Part shown: in pieces, positions 25,206-33,639 of the stretch | Layout of the letters: every line of letters starts with the position of its first letter | Numbering within the stretch: the first letter of the stretch is position 1 | Source: Candidatus Pelagibacteraceae bacterium | GTDB taxonomy: Bacteria; Pseudomonadota; Alphaproteobacteria; Pelagibacterales; Pelagibacteraceae | Direction of reading: 5' to 3' | Assembly: GCA_965655895.1 (NCBI GenBank) | Contig: CBFHID010000002.1 | Span: forward strand, 6,339-70,338 | Length of the DNA stretch: 64,000 nt | Position numbers and translations under genes: made by a program | The notes under the pieces: generated by a model | Databases searched by the model: none | Seen by the model: only the letters and a program-made list of their open reading frames with translations | What the model was told of the DNA's origin: nothing

Positions 25206-26303
25206 GTGTTTATTATAACCACAAGAAATTTTCTTCCAGAGCTAGGTGGTATGCAAATATTAATGAGTGATATTGCAAGACACTTATCACAATTTAATTC
25301 TGTTAAGGTTTTTGCAGAATATCACAAACACTCAATCGAATTTGATAATAATCAAAAATATGAAATAGAAAGGGTTAAAGGTTTTAAATTTATCAGAAAA
25401 TTTAGAAAAGCTAATCAAATAGAGAAACTTTATCATAAAAATAAAAATATAACCGCTATCATATCTGATCATTGGAAAAGTATAGAAAAACTATCTAAAA
25501 ACTTATGTAATGAGGTGCCAACACTTTGCCTGATTCACGGAAAGGAAATTAATCATCAAATCAAATCACCACTAAATATAAGGATGATAAATTCATTAAA
25601 AAAATCAAAATATATAATATCTAATTCAGATTTCACAAAAAATTTAGCAATATCTAAAGGTCTACCAGAACAAAAAATTATCACGATTAATCCAGGCATA
25701 GATTTAAGTGATGATAATTTAGATGAAAGTGCTGCAATGAATATCTTTGACACAAATGGTCCTAAAATTATTACAGTTTGTAGATTAGAAAAAAGAAAAG
25801 GATTAGAGCAAACAATACTAGCTTTAAAAAATTTTCAATCAAAATATAAAAATTTTAAATTTGTAATTGTGGGTGATGGAGTAGAAAAATTGAATTTAGA
25901 AAATCAAGTTAGAGAGTTAAATTTAAACAAAAATGTTATTTTTTTAAACGATGTTTCTTTAAAATTAAAAAATTCATTAATTAAAGTTGCAGATTTTTTT
26001 ATTATGCCGTCTATACAAGTAGGCAAATCAGTGGAAGGCTTTGGAATATCTTTTTTAGAATCAGCAAAATATGGAACTCCGTCTATAGGTGGTGTAGTTG
26101 GGGGTGCTTCAGATATTATTAAACACAACGAAACGGGAATATTATGCGATGGTGAAAAACATGAAGAAATTTATCATAGCCTAATTAAGATGATGGAAGA
26201 TAATAATTACAAAATTTTTGGAGAAAACTCAAAAAAAATATCTAAAAATTTCTCTTGGGATATTCAAATTAAAAAATATTTAAATCTAATTGATAAAAGA
26301 TAA
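25206..26303 (+). CDS. Glycosyltransferase family 4 (GT-B, RfaG-like)
   Basis: An in-frame GTG at 25206 directly after the upstream stop is the likely start (VFIITTRNFLPELGGMQ). C-terminal EGFGISFLESAKYGTPSI motif. Confidence 0.85.
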   Translation: MFIITTRNFLPELGGMQILMSDIARHLSQFNSVKVFAEYHKHSIEFDNNQKYEIERVKGFKFIRKFRKANQIEKLYHKNKNITAIISDHWKSIEKLSKNLCNEVPTLCLIHGKEINHQIKSPLNIRMINSLKKSKYIISNSDFTKNLAISKGLPEQKIITINPGIDLSDDNLDESAAMNIFDTNGPKIITVCRLEKRKGLEQTILALKNFQSKYKNFKFVIVGDGVEKLNLENQVRELNLNKNVIFLNDVSLKLKNSLIKVADFFIMPSIQVGKSVEGFGISFLESAKYGTPSIGGVVGGASDIIKHNETGILCDGEKHEEIYHSLIKMMEDNNYKIFGENSKKISKNFSWDIQIKKYLNLIDKR

Positions 26304-26531
26304 ATGAATTTTATTAAAAAAAATTTAAAATGGCTAGGAACTATTTTAGTCTTTATTGGAATCTTGCTAATGTATTTAAACATTTATCCATTAAATATTT
26401 TTTTTCATGGTCCAGGTATTATTGCTTGGACTATACATGGCTACATCAATAAAGATAAAGCAGTATTGACTAATTTTGCTCTTCAAATCCCTTTTTCTAT
26501 AATTGGTTTTTATAAATATTTTTTTATGTAG
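26304..26531 (+). CDS. Small integral membrane protein, unknown function
   Basis: 75 aa with 2-3 TM helices. It starts immediately after the GT4 stop. No family recognised. Confidence 0.5.
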   Translation: MNFIKKNLKWLGTILVFIGILLMYLNIYPLNIFFHGPGIIAWTIHGYINKDKAVLTNFALQIPFSIIGFYKYFFM

Positions 26532-27447
26532 AAATCTGTCTCAACACTGCTTCCAAAACCTGCTCTGGTAATAAGTCTTTTAAATTAGTAACTTCTAAAA
26601 CTTTAAATTTATCTCTTTCTATGCTCACTTTTTTTGCAGATGTATGTGAACCAAATAATGCAATGCCTTTGCAACCAAGATGTGCAGCAATGTGTGCGGG
26701 CCCTGTATCATTTGCAATAACAAATGATGACTCATTAATAACTTTGGAAAGTTGATTTATATTAATTGGCTTATCATTATTTAATATCATTTTTAAATTT
26801 AAATCTTTACATTTACCGATCTCATTAGGTCCTGGGGCGGCTAAAAATTGATAATTTGGGATTTTATTTTTTAATAATTCTATTAATTCTTTAAAGTAAG
26901 GCCAAACTTTTTTTTGTAGTTTGGGAGAACAAAACGGTGCGATATAAATATATTTACCATTTACATTGCATTTAAAATCGTGATCTATTGCCCAAGAAAA
27001 ATCAGGGTACAATACATGATCCGTATTTGTAATATTGGACCTTTCTAACTGAATATTAAAACGTTCAATAACACCTTTTTCATCAAATTGTTTTTTACTT
27101 TCATCTTTTTTTAAAACTGTTCTCGAAGATGACCAATTTTTTATTTTAAAGTTTTTTCGATAAAATTCTGTTCTTGAGGAGTTCTGAAGATCGTAACAAA
27201 TATCAAAATTTAAACTTCGAATTTGTTTTATTAAATTTAATAAATAAAAAAAATTCCAACGGGGTAAACGTTTATCAATTATAACTTCATCAACATATGG
27301 ACATTTTTCAAATAAGTTTTTGAACTTTAAAGTTGTTAAAATATAAATTTTTTTACCAATGAAATGATTTCTAATATCTTTTAATGCACCAGATATCTGC
27401 ACAATATCACCTAATGATCCATGTTTAATAATTAGAATATTTGACAT
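26524..27447 (-). CDS. Glycosyltransferase family 9 (LPS heptosyltransferase-like)
   Basis: 307 aa with the ILIIKHGSLGDIV N-terminus and the C-terminal NDTGPAHIAA motif typical of GT9. Confidence 0.85.
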   Translation of the reverse strand: MSNILIIKHGSLGDIVQISGALKDIRNHFIGKKIYILTTLKFKNLFEKCPYVDEVIIDKRLPRWNFFYLLNLIKQIRSLNFDICYDLQNSSRTEFYRKNFKIKNWSSSRTVLKKDESKKQFDEKGVIERFNIQLERSNITNTDHVLYPDFSWAIDHDFKCNVNGKYIYIAPFCSPKLQKKVWPYFKELIELLKNKIPNYQFLAAPGPNEIGKCKDLNLKMILNNDKPININQLSKVINESSFVIANDTGPAHIAAHLGCKGIALFGSHTSAKKVSIERDKFKVLEVTNLKDLLPEQVLEAVLRQIST

Positions 27448-27474
27448 AAGTTATTTTACTATTATCAATACCAT

Positions 27475-27873
27475 ATGAATTCAGCTAATAAAATTTTTGC
27501 AGAAATATCGGTTGGTGAATTACTTGATAAGATAAGTATATTAGAAATTAAGCAAAATAACCTAAATGATAAGGAAAAAATTAAAATAGTTTCTAAGGAA
27601 TTAGAAAGCCTTAGAAATACTCTAGAAAAAAATGTTCAATTAACAGATGAAATAAAATCACTCTATAAAAATTTAAAGGATATTAATATCAAACTATGGG
27701 GCATAGAAGATGCCAAAAGAGATTGTGAAAGAAATAAAAATTTTGGAGAAAGTTTTGTTCAACTGGCAAGAAGTGTGTATTTAGAGAATGATAACAGAGC
27801 TAAAATTAAAAATAAAATCAATATACTATCTGGCTCTAATCTTTTAGAAGTGAAAAGTTACGAAAAATATTAA
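27475..27873 (+). CDS. Conserved hypothetical protein (possibly DUF6165-like), associated with a glycan locus
   Basis: 132 aa. The pattern GELLDKISILEIK...LWGIEDAKR...LARSVYLENDNRAKIK matches a family I recall next to glycosyltransferases. The family name is uncertain. Confidence 0.5.
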   Translation: MNSANKIFAEISVGELLDKISILEIKQNNLNDKEKIKIVSKELESLRNTLEKNVQLTDEIKSLYKNLKDINIKLWGIEDAKRDCERNKNFGESFVQLARSVYLENDNRAKIKNKINILSGSNLLEVKSYEKY

Positions 27874-28667
27874 TCTAAGCTGACACTTGGTATTTCTAAT
27901 CTTAATTTTCTAATACTTTCAGTATTAATTTCTGAAATTACAAAACCAATATCTTTTTTCTTTTCACACAAAACTTCTCCGTCAGGCGATATTATCATTG
28001 CGTGACCGTAGGTTGAACGATTATTAAAATGAATACCTGTTTGAGCTGGTGCGAATACATAACAAAAGTTCTCTATCGCTCTAGATCGCAGCAATATATG
28101 CCAATGACGTTCTCCGGTATTTTTTGTAAAGGCTGAAGGTACTGTTAAAAATTCTGCACCCTTTTTCATTAGTTCTCTATAATGATTTGGAAACCTCAAA
28201 TCATAACAAATTGAAAGACCTAAATTACCCCATGGTAATTTCGAAACAATCAAATCTTTTCCTGCTTTAAATTTTTTTGACTCTTCATAATTTTCACCAT
28301 TTGGCAAGTTAACATCAAACATATGTATCTTGTCATAAGTTGAAACTACTTCCCCATTTGGATTAATTAATATTGACCTATTATAAATAGAATTTTTTAC
28401 TTTTACTGGTGTTGCTCCTATTAAAAACCATATTTTTTTTGATTTAACGAATTTTATCGTCTCTTTAATACAATGACCATCAGCATAGTCTTCAGATTTT
28501 TCTAATAATTCATTTTGATCTAATGTGAATAAAAAAGTATTTTCTGGAGTTAAAATTATATCAGCTCCTTCACTAATAACTTTTTCAGACAAATCTATTA
28601 CTTGATAAAGATTATCTTTAGGACTGTTATTAGATGTTAGCTGCAAACATGCGGCATTGAATTTCAT
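27870..28667 (-). CDS. Carbon-nitrogen hydrolase (nitrilase superfamily, Nit/omega-amidase-like)
   Basis: 265 aa with Glu-Lys-Cys triad contexts (ILTPENTF, YDKIHMFD, GLSICYDLRFP). 1-nt overlap with the upstream speH-speE fusion. Confidence 0.85.
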   Translation of the reverse strand: MKFNAACLQLTSNNSPKDNLYQVIDLSEKVISEGADIILTPENTFLFTLDQNELLEKSEDYADGHCIKETIKFVKSKKIWFLIGATPVKVKNSIYNRSILINPNGEVVSTYDKIHMFDVNLPNGENYEESKKFKAGKDLIVSKLPWGNLGLSICYDLRFPNHYRELMKKGAEFLTVPSAFTKNTGERHWHILLRSRAIENFCYVFAPAQTGIHFNNRSTYGHAMIISPDGEVLCEKKKDIGFVISEINTESIRKLRLEIPSVSLD

Positions 28668-29707
28668 TATTTGTTTACTGAACTAATAAAATTCCAAGAA
28701 CAGTCAAAGCTTGGAATGTATACTTCTGCAACTTTTGAGTTTCCAAAAGCTTTTTCTAAAGTTTGATTCCAACTATTTACTTGCGCAGGTTTTTTATCCT
28801 TTGAACCAACCTGAGCAGTAATGACCCCGTTCTTTTTTGTTATTCTTTTAATATCCTTAATATTACTTGCCGCTAGATCGATGCAAAATTGATCATCATT
28901 TAAATCTATAAAAAGGTGATCATACTTATTGTCTTCACAAGAGACGATATTTTTAAAAGCATCCCCCCAAATACAATTTACATTATTGCTTTTGTGAATA
29001 TTTTTAAAAACATCAGGCAAGTATTGTTGGCAAGCTTCTACAACTTCTTTGTCCAGTTCAAACCAATCAATATAATCAAAATTATTTTTAACACACTCTC
29101 TGGCAACTCCACCATCTCCACCACCTATGATCGCAGCTGTAGAGTTTTGTTTTGATATTTGCAATCCTGACTTAACAAAAGTACTTGAGTATAGTTCTTC
29201 ATCTTTTTCAGCTACTTGGATTTCTCCATCGATAAATAACGCATTTCCAAATTCCTTGAGTTTCAGTATTTCAATATGTTGACCAGCTTGAGATTTAAAA
29301 TTTTTAATAACTTCTTCAACCATATAAAATTTCTTAATACCTTCTGAGCTATATATATCTTTGTAATGGTGTATAGTGTCTCTATCAAAGTCTTTTTTAA
29401 TAACAGATGTATGTGGTAATTCTTTTTTTAGTATATCTAGAGAAATGCTCGGACTAACTGACCCGCAAGTGAAAAAATCAAAACTCACTATCCCTTTCTC
29501 GGGAAACGTATGAAAACTCATGTGGCTCTCTTTTAATAAACACAAAAGAGTTACTCCCTGCGGAGCAAAAACATATTTAGAAATGTTTACTATTTCTACT
29601 TTTGCAACTTCAGCAATTTTTTTAAAAATATTTTCGTAAAATTCAGTTGGGTGATTTTCGTACACACCGAGAAAGTCTAAAGTTATATGCTCGCCTACTT
29701 TATTCAT
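28667..29707 (-). CDS. Fused S-adenosylmethionine decarboxylase (SpeH-type, pyruvoyl) and spermidine synthase (SpeE)
   Basis: 346 aa. The N-terminal ~115 aa carry the proenzyme cleavage motif LLKESHMSFHTFPEKG and FDFFTCGS. The C-terminal part has spermidine synthase blocks (FGNALFIDGEIQ, IIGGGDGGVARE, FIDLND). Strong SD GGGAGG. Confidence 0.85.
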   Translation of the reverse strand: MNKVGEHITLDFLGVYENHPTEFYENIFKKIAEVAKVEIVNISKYVFAPQGVTLLCLLKESHMSFHTFPEKGIVSFDFFTCGSVSPSISLDILKKELPHTSVIKKDFDRDTIHHYKDIYSSEGIKKFYMVEEVIKNFKSQAGQHIEILKLKEFGNALFIDGEIQVAEKDEELYSSTFVKSGLQISKQNSTAAIIGGGDGGVARECVKNNFDYIDWFELDKEVVEACQQYLPDVFKNIHKSNNVNCIWGDAFKNIVSCEDNKYDHLFIDLNDDQFCIDLAASNIKDIKRITKKNGVITAQVGSKDKKPAQVNSWNQTLEKAFGNSKVAEVYIPSFDCSWNFISSVNK

Positions 29708-29723
29708 TAGGCCTCCCTTCTTT

Positions 29724-29750
29724 CAAAAAAATTAAAGCTTGCTAAAGCTT
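29724..29750 (-). terminator. Short hairpin (AAGCTT-tagc-AAGCTT) plus a T7 run between the aldolase gene and speH-speE
   Basis: A 6-bp stem built from two HindIII-type palindromes. On the minus strand it is followed by TAATTTTTTTG and then the SD. It is either a weak terminator or an attenuator. Confidence 0.4.
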
Positions 29751-29846
29751 AAACTTCAAAACCCTGTTCATTAGAGATCTCGACAAGATTTTTAGCGTTC
29801 TTAAATTGCGGTATATATTGGCTGTCATTATTATCAACCTTTTTAA

Positions 29847-30482
29847 TTATTTTTTATAATTTTTTACTTTTGATAAAACTTTTTTCATCTCATAAATCGG
29901 TAAGATTTTTGGTTTACCAATCCTCAAACATTCGATGTATTGCTCTGATAAGTATTCAACCTCTTGAGCAAGTTCAAAAGCTGATTCTAAACTATTTGAA
30001 AATGATACCTGGCCGTGATTTTCAATTAAGCAAGCTGTTCTGTCTTTTAAAGCTGTGATAATATTTTTAGATAAATCACTAGTACCATAGGTTGCATATT
30101 TGGCACACTTAATATCTACGCCACCAGCAATTGCTACCATGTAATGAAAAGCTGGTATTTTTTTTCTCATGCACGAAAGCACTAAAGCATTTTTAGAATG
30201 GCAGTGAACAATTGAATTAGCGTCTTTTTTATTTTTGTAAATATCCTTGTGAAATCTCCACTCTGAAGATGGTTTATTTTTATTCATATTAAATTTTCCA
30301 TTCAAATTAACAAAAACAATATCGGTAGGTTTTAAAACATCATACTTCATGCCGCTTGGAGTGATCAAAAAACCATTCTTATATCTTACAGATATATTTC
30401 CTGATCGCATCGGCGATAAGTTTGTTTTGTTTAGTAGTTTAGCAAATTTAATGATTATTTTTTTAATTTTTAATTCGTTCAT
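29847..30482 (-). CDS. Class II aldolase, FucA-like; candidate 5-methylthioribulose-1-phosphate aldolase (Ald2) rather than MtnB dehydratase
   Basis: 211 aa. GNISVRY, PSSEWRFH, VHCHS and IENHG align with E. coli FucA (GNVSVRY, PSSEWRFH, VHNHA, LQHHG) as I recall it, and much less well with B. subtilis MtnB. It abuts the mtnA stop with no gap. Confidence 0.75.
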   Translation of the reverse strand: MNELKIKKIIIKFAKLLNKTNLSPMRSGNISVRYKNGFLITPSGMKYDVLKPTDIVFVNLNGKFNMNKNKPSSEWRFHKDIYKNKKDANSIVHCHSKNALVLSCMRKKIPAFHYMVAIAGGVDIKCAKYATYGTSDLSKNIITALKDRTACLIENHGQVSFSNSLESAFELAQEVEYLSEQYIECLRIGKPKILPIYEMKKVLSKVKNYKK

Positions 30483-31532
30483 CTAAAAAATATCTTTGAG
30501 TTCGCTGGGTTTAAAAATACCTTTTTCGGTAATAAATCCAGTCACAAGATCTGATGGTGTAATATCGAAACCATAATTAAGACCGGTTGAATTTTTTGGA
30601 TAAATATTAACCGTCTTAATTTTATCATGCTCATCAAGACCGGTTACAAACTTTAGTTCCTCATCTGACCTTTCTTCAATTGGTATATCATGCCCTTTTA
30701 AAATTTTTTTATCATAGGTAGTGCTGGGTAATGCCACATAAAAAGGGATACCATTGTCTTTTGCAGCTAAAGCTTTTAAATATGTTCCAATTTTATTTGC
30801 GACATCTCCATTTTTGCTAACTCTATCCGTACCAACAATGCAAATATCAACCATGCCTCTTTGCATTAATATACCTCCTGTATTGTCAGCGATAATTTTG
30901 TGATTAATGTTCTCATTTTGAAACTCATAGGCAGTTAGTGAAGATCCTTGATTTCTAGGTCTTGTTTCATCCACCCAAACATTAATATTAATCCCTGCAT
31001 CTCTTGCTTTATAAATTGGCGCTGTTGCTGTACCCCAATCGATAGTAGCAAGCCACCCAGCATTACAATGAGTAAGTATATTTATATTATCTTTATTAAT
31101 GGAGTTGATTAATTTTAGTCCTTCAACTCCTATATCTTCAGAAATTTTAATATCCTCTTCACAAATTTTTTTGCATTCTTTTAAAATAGAATTTTTAATA
31201 TCTTTCCTATCAAATGATTTTGAAATACGATCTGCTGCCCATGCTAAATTTACTGCAGTAGGCCGAGCAGTTTTAATATGCTCAATTTTTTTAATAATAT
31301 GATCAGGATCTTCATTATTTTTTGCAGCTAAAAACAATGAATATGCTGCAGTTGCACCAATTAACGGTGCTCCTCTAACTAACATATTTTGGATAGCATT
31401 AAATCCATCTTCATAAGTATTTAGTTTTTTTATTTCAAAGCTAAAAGGAAGCTTCGTTTGATCAATTATGCAAACATTATCCTCTTTATCATTGTACCAA
31501 ATAGTAAAATAATGTTTTCCTTTAATTTTCAT
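30483..31532 (-). CDS. mtnA: S-methyl-5-thioribose-1-phosphate isomerase
   Basis: 349 aa of the eIF-2B alpha/beta/delta-like family with VRGAPLIGATAA and CIVGTDRVSKNGDVANKIGTY blocks. Confidence 0.9.
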   Translation of the reverse strand: MKIKGKHYFTIWYNDKEDNVCIIDQTKLPFSFEIKKLNTYEDGFNAIQNMLVRGAPLIGATAAYSLFLAAKNNEDPDHIIKKIEHIKTARPTAVNLAWAADRISKSFDRKDIKNSILKECKKICEEDIKISEDIGVEGLKLINSINKDNINILTHCNAGWLATIDWGTATAPIYKARDAGININVWVDETRPRNQGSSLTAYEFQNENINHKIIADNTGGILMQRGMVDICIVGTDRVSKNGDVANKIGTYLKALAAKDNGIPFYVALPSTTYDKKILKGHDIPIEERSDEELKFVTGLDEHDKIKTVNIYPKNSTGLNYGFDITPSDLVTGFITEKGIFKPSELKDIF

Positions 31533-32398
31533 TTCTTTGAAAAAACTCTTCCAGCAATATTCTTAAGTTCTTTTTTTGTTTTTTCAGTCCAATGGGATTT
31601 GTCAGTGATTAAAGCTGTATCGAGGCAATTGTTTGCGGGATCCTTTGGGTCAATATAATCCTCAAAATTTTTTACAACTTCAACAATCATTTTTTTTGCA
31701 TTATCAGCGTTACCTATTAATGTTTTAATAACTTGATCAACGGAAACATCTTCATGATCTTCATGCCAACAATCATAATCTGTTACCATAGCGACAGAAG
31801 CATAACGAATTTCCGCTTCACGGGCTAATTTTGCCTCAGGCATATTAGTCATGCCAATAACATCGCAACCCCATGAACGATAGAGATTGGATTCTGCTAA
31901 TGATGAAAATTGTGGACCTTCCATGACAAGATAGGTTCCTCCAATTTTATAATTAAGCTTTAAATTTAACAAAGCCTTCTCACAGGCTTTAATTAATCCC
32001 GGACTTGTAGGCTTTGCCATTGAAACATGAGCAACAATTTCTTTATCAAAAAAAGTTTTAACCCTTGCAAATGTTCTATCGATAAATTGATCAACTAGTA
32101 CAAACCTTCCTGGCTCTAATTCGTTTTTTAAAGAACCGACTGCTGACATAGATAAAGCATCAGTTACTCCAAGTTGCTTTAATGCATCTATATTTGCTCT
32201 AAAATTTATATTTGACGGGTTAATTTTATGTCCACGGCCATGTCTTGGCAAAAAATATATATACTTATCATTAATTTTTGCTTCTAAAATCTGGTCGGAG
32301 GGTTTGCCCCATGGAGTATCTATTGTTAACCATTTTTCTTCTCTTATACCATCTATATTATACAAACCACTTCCGCCGATTATTGCTAATTTATTCAT
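31529..32398 (-). CDS. mtnP: S-methyl-5'-thioadenosine phosphorylase
   Basis: 289 aa of the PNP/MTAP family (IIGGSGLY, FLPRHGRGH, GMTNMPEAKLAREAE). Confidence 0.9.
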   Translation of the reverse strand: MNKLAIIGGSGLYNIDGIREEKWLTIDTPWGKPSDQILEAKINDKYIYFLPRHGRGHKINPSNINFRANIDALKQLGVTDALSMSAVGSLKNELEPGRFVLVDQFIDRTFARVKTFFDKEIVAHVSMAKPTSPGLIKACEKALLNLKLNYKIGGTYLVMEGPQFSSLAESNLYRSWGCDVIGMTNMPEAKLAREAEIRYASVAMVTDYDCWHEDHEDVSVDQVIKTLIGNADNAKKMIVEVVKNFEDYIDPKDPANNCLDTALITDKSHWTEKTKKELKNIAGRVFSKK

Positions 32399-32428
32399 AT
32401 TTGTTTAGTTATAATAAATAACTTAAAA

Positions 32429-32956
32429 ATGAAATTAGAAAAAACAATCAGAAGTATTCCTAACTATCCAAAAAAAGGAATATTGTTTAGAGATATCACT
32501 TCTTTATTAGAAAACAAAAAAGCTTTTAACTATACGGTTAAAAGAATGCTGTTTTTATCTAAAAATTTTAAATTTACAAAAATTGCAGCTATTGAATCAA
32601 GGGGCTTTGTTTTTGCATCAGTATTAAGTTATATTACAAAAAAACCACTTATTTTGCTAAGAAAGAAAAATAAACTCCCTGGAAAAACTTACTCGCAAAA
32701 ATTTAAGTTAGAGTATGGATATGATACAATAGAAGTTCATAAGTCATCCCTTAATAATAAAGATAAAGTTTTAATAATTGATGATCTTATAGCGACTGGG
32801 GGTACGGCTTTGGCAGCAACTAAGCTTGTTGAAAAAACAAAAGCAAAAGTTTTAGGATTTATTTTTCTAATCAATCTTTTTGATCTGCCGGGTAATAAAA
32901 AGTTAAATTCCAAAGGTTACAAAACTTTTAGCCTTATTAATTTTCCTGGACATTAA
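32429..32956 (+). CDS. apt: Adenine phosphoribosyltransferase
   Basis: 175 aa with the PRPP-binding motif VLIIDDLIATGGTA. Divergent from mtnP across a 30-nt spacer. Confidence 0.9.
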   Translation: MKLEKTIRSIPNYPKKGILFRDITSLLENKKAFNYTVKRMLFLSKNFKFTKIAAIESRGFVFASVLSYITKKPLILLRKKNKLPGKTYSQKFKLEYGYDTIEVHKSSLNNKDKVLIIDDLIATGGTALAATKLVEKTKAKVLGFIFLINLFDLPGNKKLNSKGYKTFSLINFPGH

Positions 32957-32990
32957 ATTAGAAACTTAACATCCAGGAAAAAAAATTTAA

Positions 32991-33227
32991 TCAGCCAAGG
33001 TCTTTAAGGGCTTGATTTAAAAGTTTTTCAGATTCAGAATGCTTTCCGTCATTATGTGCTTTTTCTCCACTGTCTCTTAAAGTTTTAATTGCTTTAAACT
33101 TATCTGCAGAAAGTTTTGACTCAGAAATTTTTGCATCAACCTGTTTTAATAAAACTGGGCAAGAACCAGCGTAAGAAGTTGATGAAATTAGTAAAAACGA
33201 AAAAAAAACGATCAATGTCTTTTTCAT
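32991..33227 (-). CDS. Small secreted protein, unknown function
   Basis: 78 aa with signal peptide MKKTLIVFFSFLLISSTSYA and a helical Lys/Glu-rich mature part. Confidence 0.5.
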   Translation of the reverse strand: MKKTLIVFFSFLLISSTSYAGSCPVLLKQVDAKISESKLSADKFKAIKTLRDSGEKAHNDGKHSESEKLLNQALKDLG

Positions 33228-33312
33228 TTGTGTCCTTTTGTTAATTGTTTTTTGCCTTTTATCAAACCTATTGGTTTGTCAATTGGTTATTAAATAAAGA
33301 ATAATTTGAAAA

Positions 33313-33603
33313 TTATTGTATATTGCAAGCTTTAAGTGCAAATCTAGAAGCTTCTGCTTTATGAATTAACTTTGATACTTGAGGTGAATTATTTTTTAAT
33401 TCAACATATTTCATCTTATAATTTTTATAATAGCACTTATCCTGTGCTGGAGTTGCAAAACAACTATAGATAATCGTAGCTAAAATTAACGATCCTCCAA
33501 TAACAAAATATTTAAAATTTTCGCAGATAAATTTAAATAAACATCCCCAATGTCCTTGCATAAATGGGCATGATTTATTTTTAGTATTTTTCATTATATT
33601 CAT
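33313..33603 (-). CDS. Hypothetical Cys-rich single-pass membrane protein
   Basis: 96 aa with one central TM helix and 7 Cys. No family recognised. Confidence 0.4.
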   Translation of the reverse strand: MNIMKNTKNKSCPFMQGHWGCLFKFICENFKYFVIGGSLILATIIYSCFATPAQDKCYYKNYKMKYVELKNNSPQVSKLIHKAEASRFALKACNIQ

Positions 33604-33639
33604 ATGATTTCTTTTTGAGCAATAGTCAAGAAAAGAAGC

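Noticed and set aside
29724-29760. An AAAGCUUGCUAAAGCUUAAA string resembling the conserved AAAGCU element of SAM-II/SAM-V riboswitches, located near SAM-related genes.
   Set aside because: That reading is on the plus strand, which is antisense to both flanking genes. The resemblance comes from two self-complementary AAGCTT hexamers that simply form a short hairpin. I could not find a P1/pseudoknot arrangement on the transcribed strand. An Infernal scan would be needed for certainty.
32941-32981. Inverted repeat TTTTCCTGGA...TCCAGGAAAA between apt and the convergent 78-aa gene, as a possible bidirectional terminator.
   Set aside because: The loop is 21 nt, the left arm is coding sequence of apt, and no proper U-tract follows on either strand. 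The evidence is too weak to annotate.
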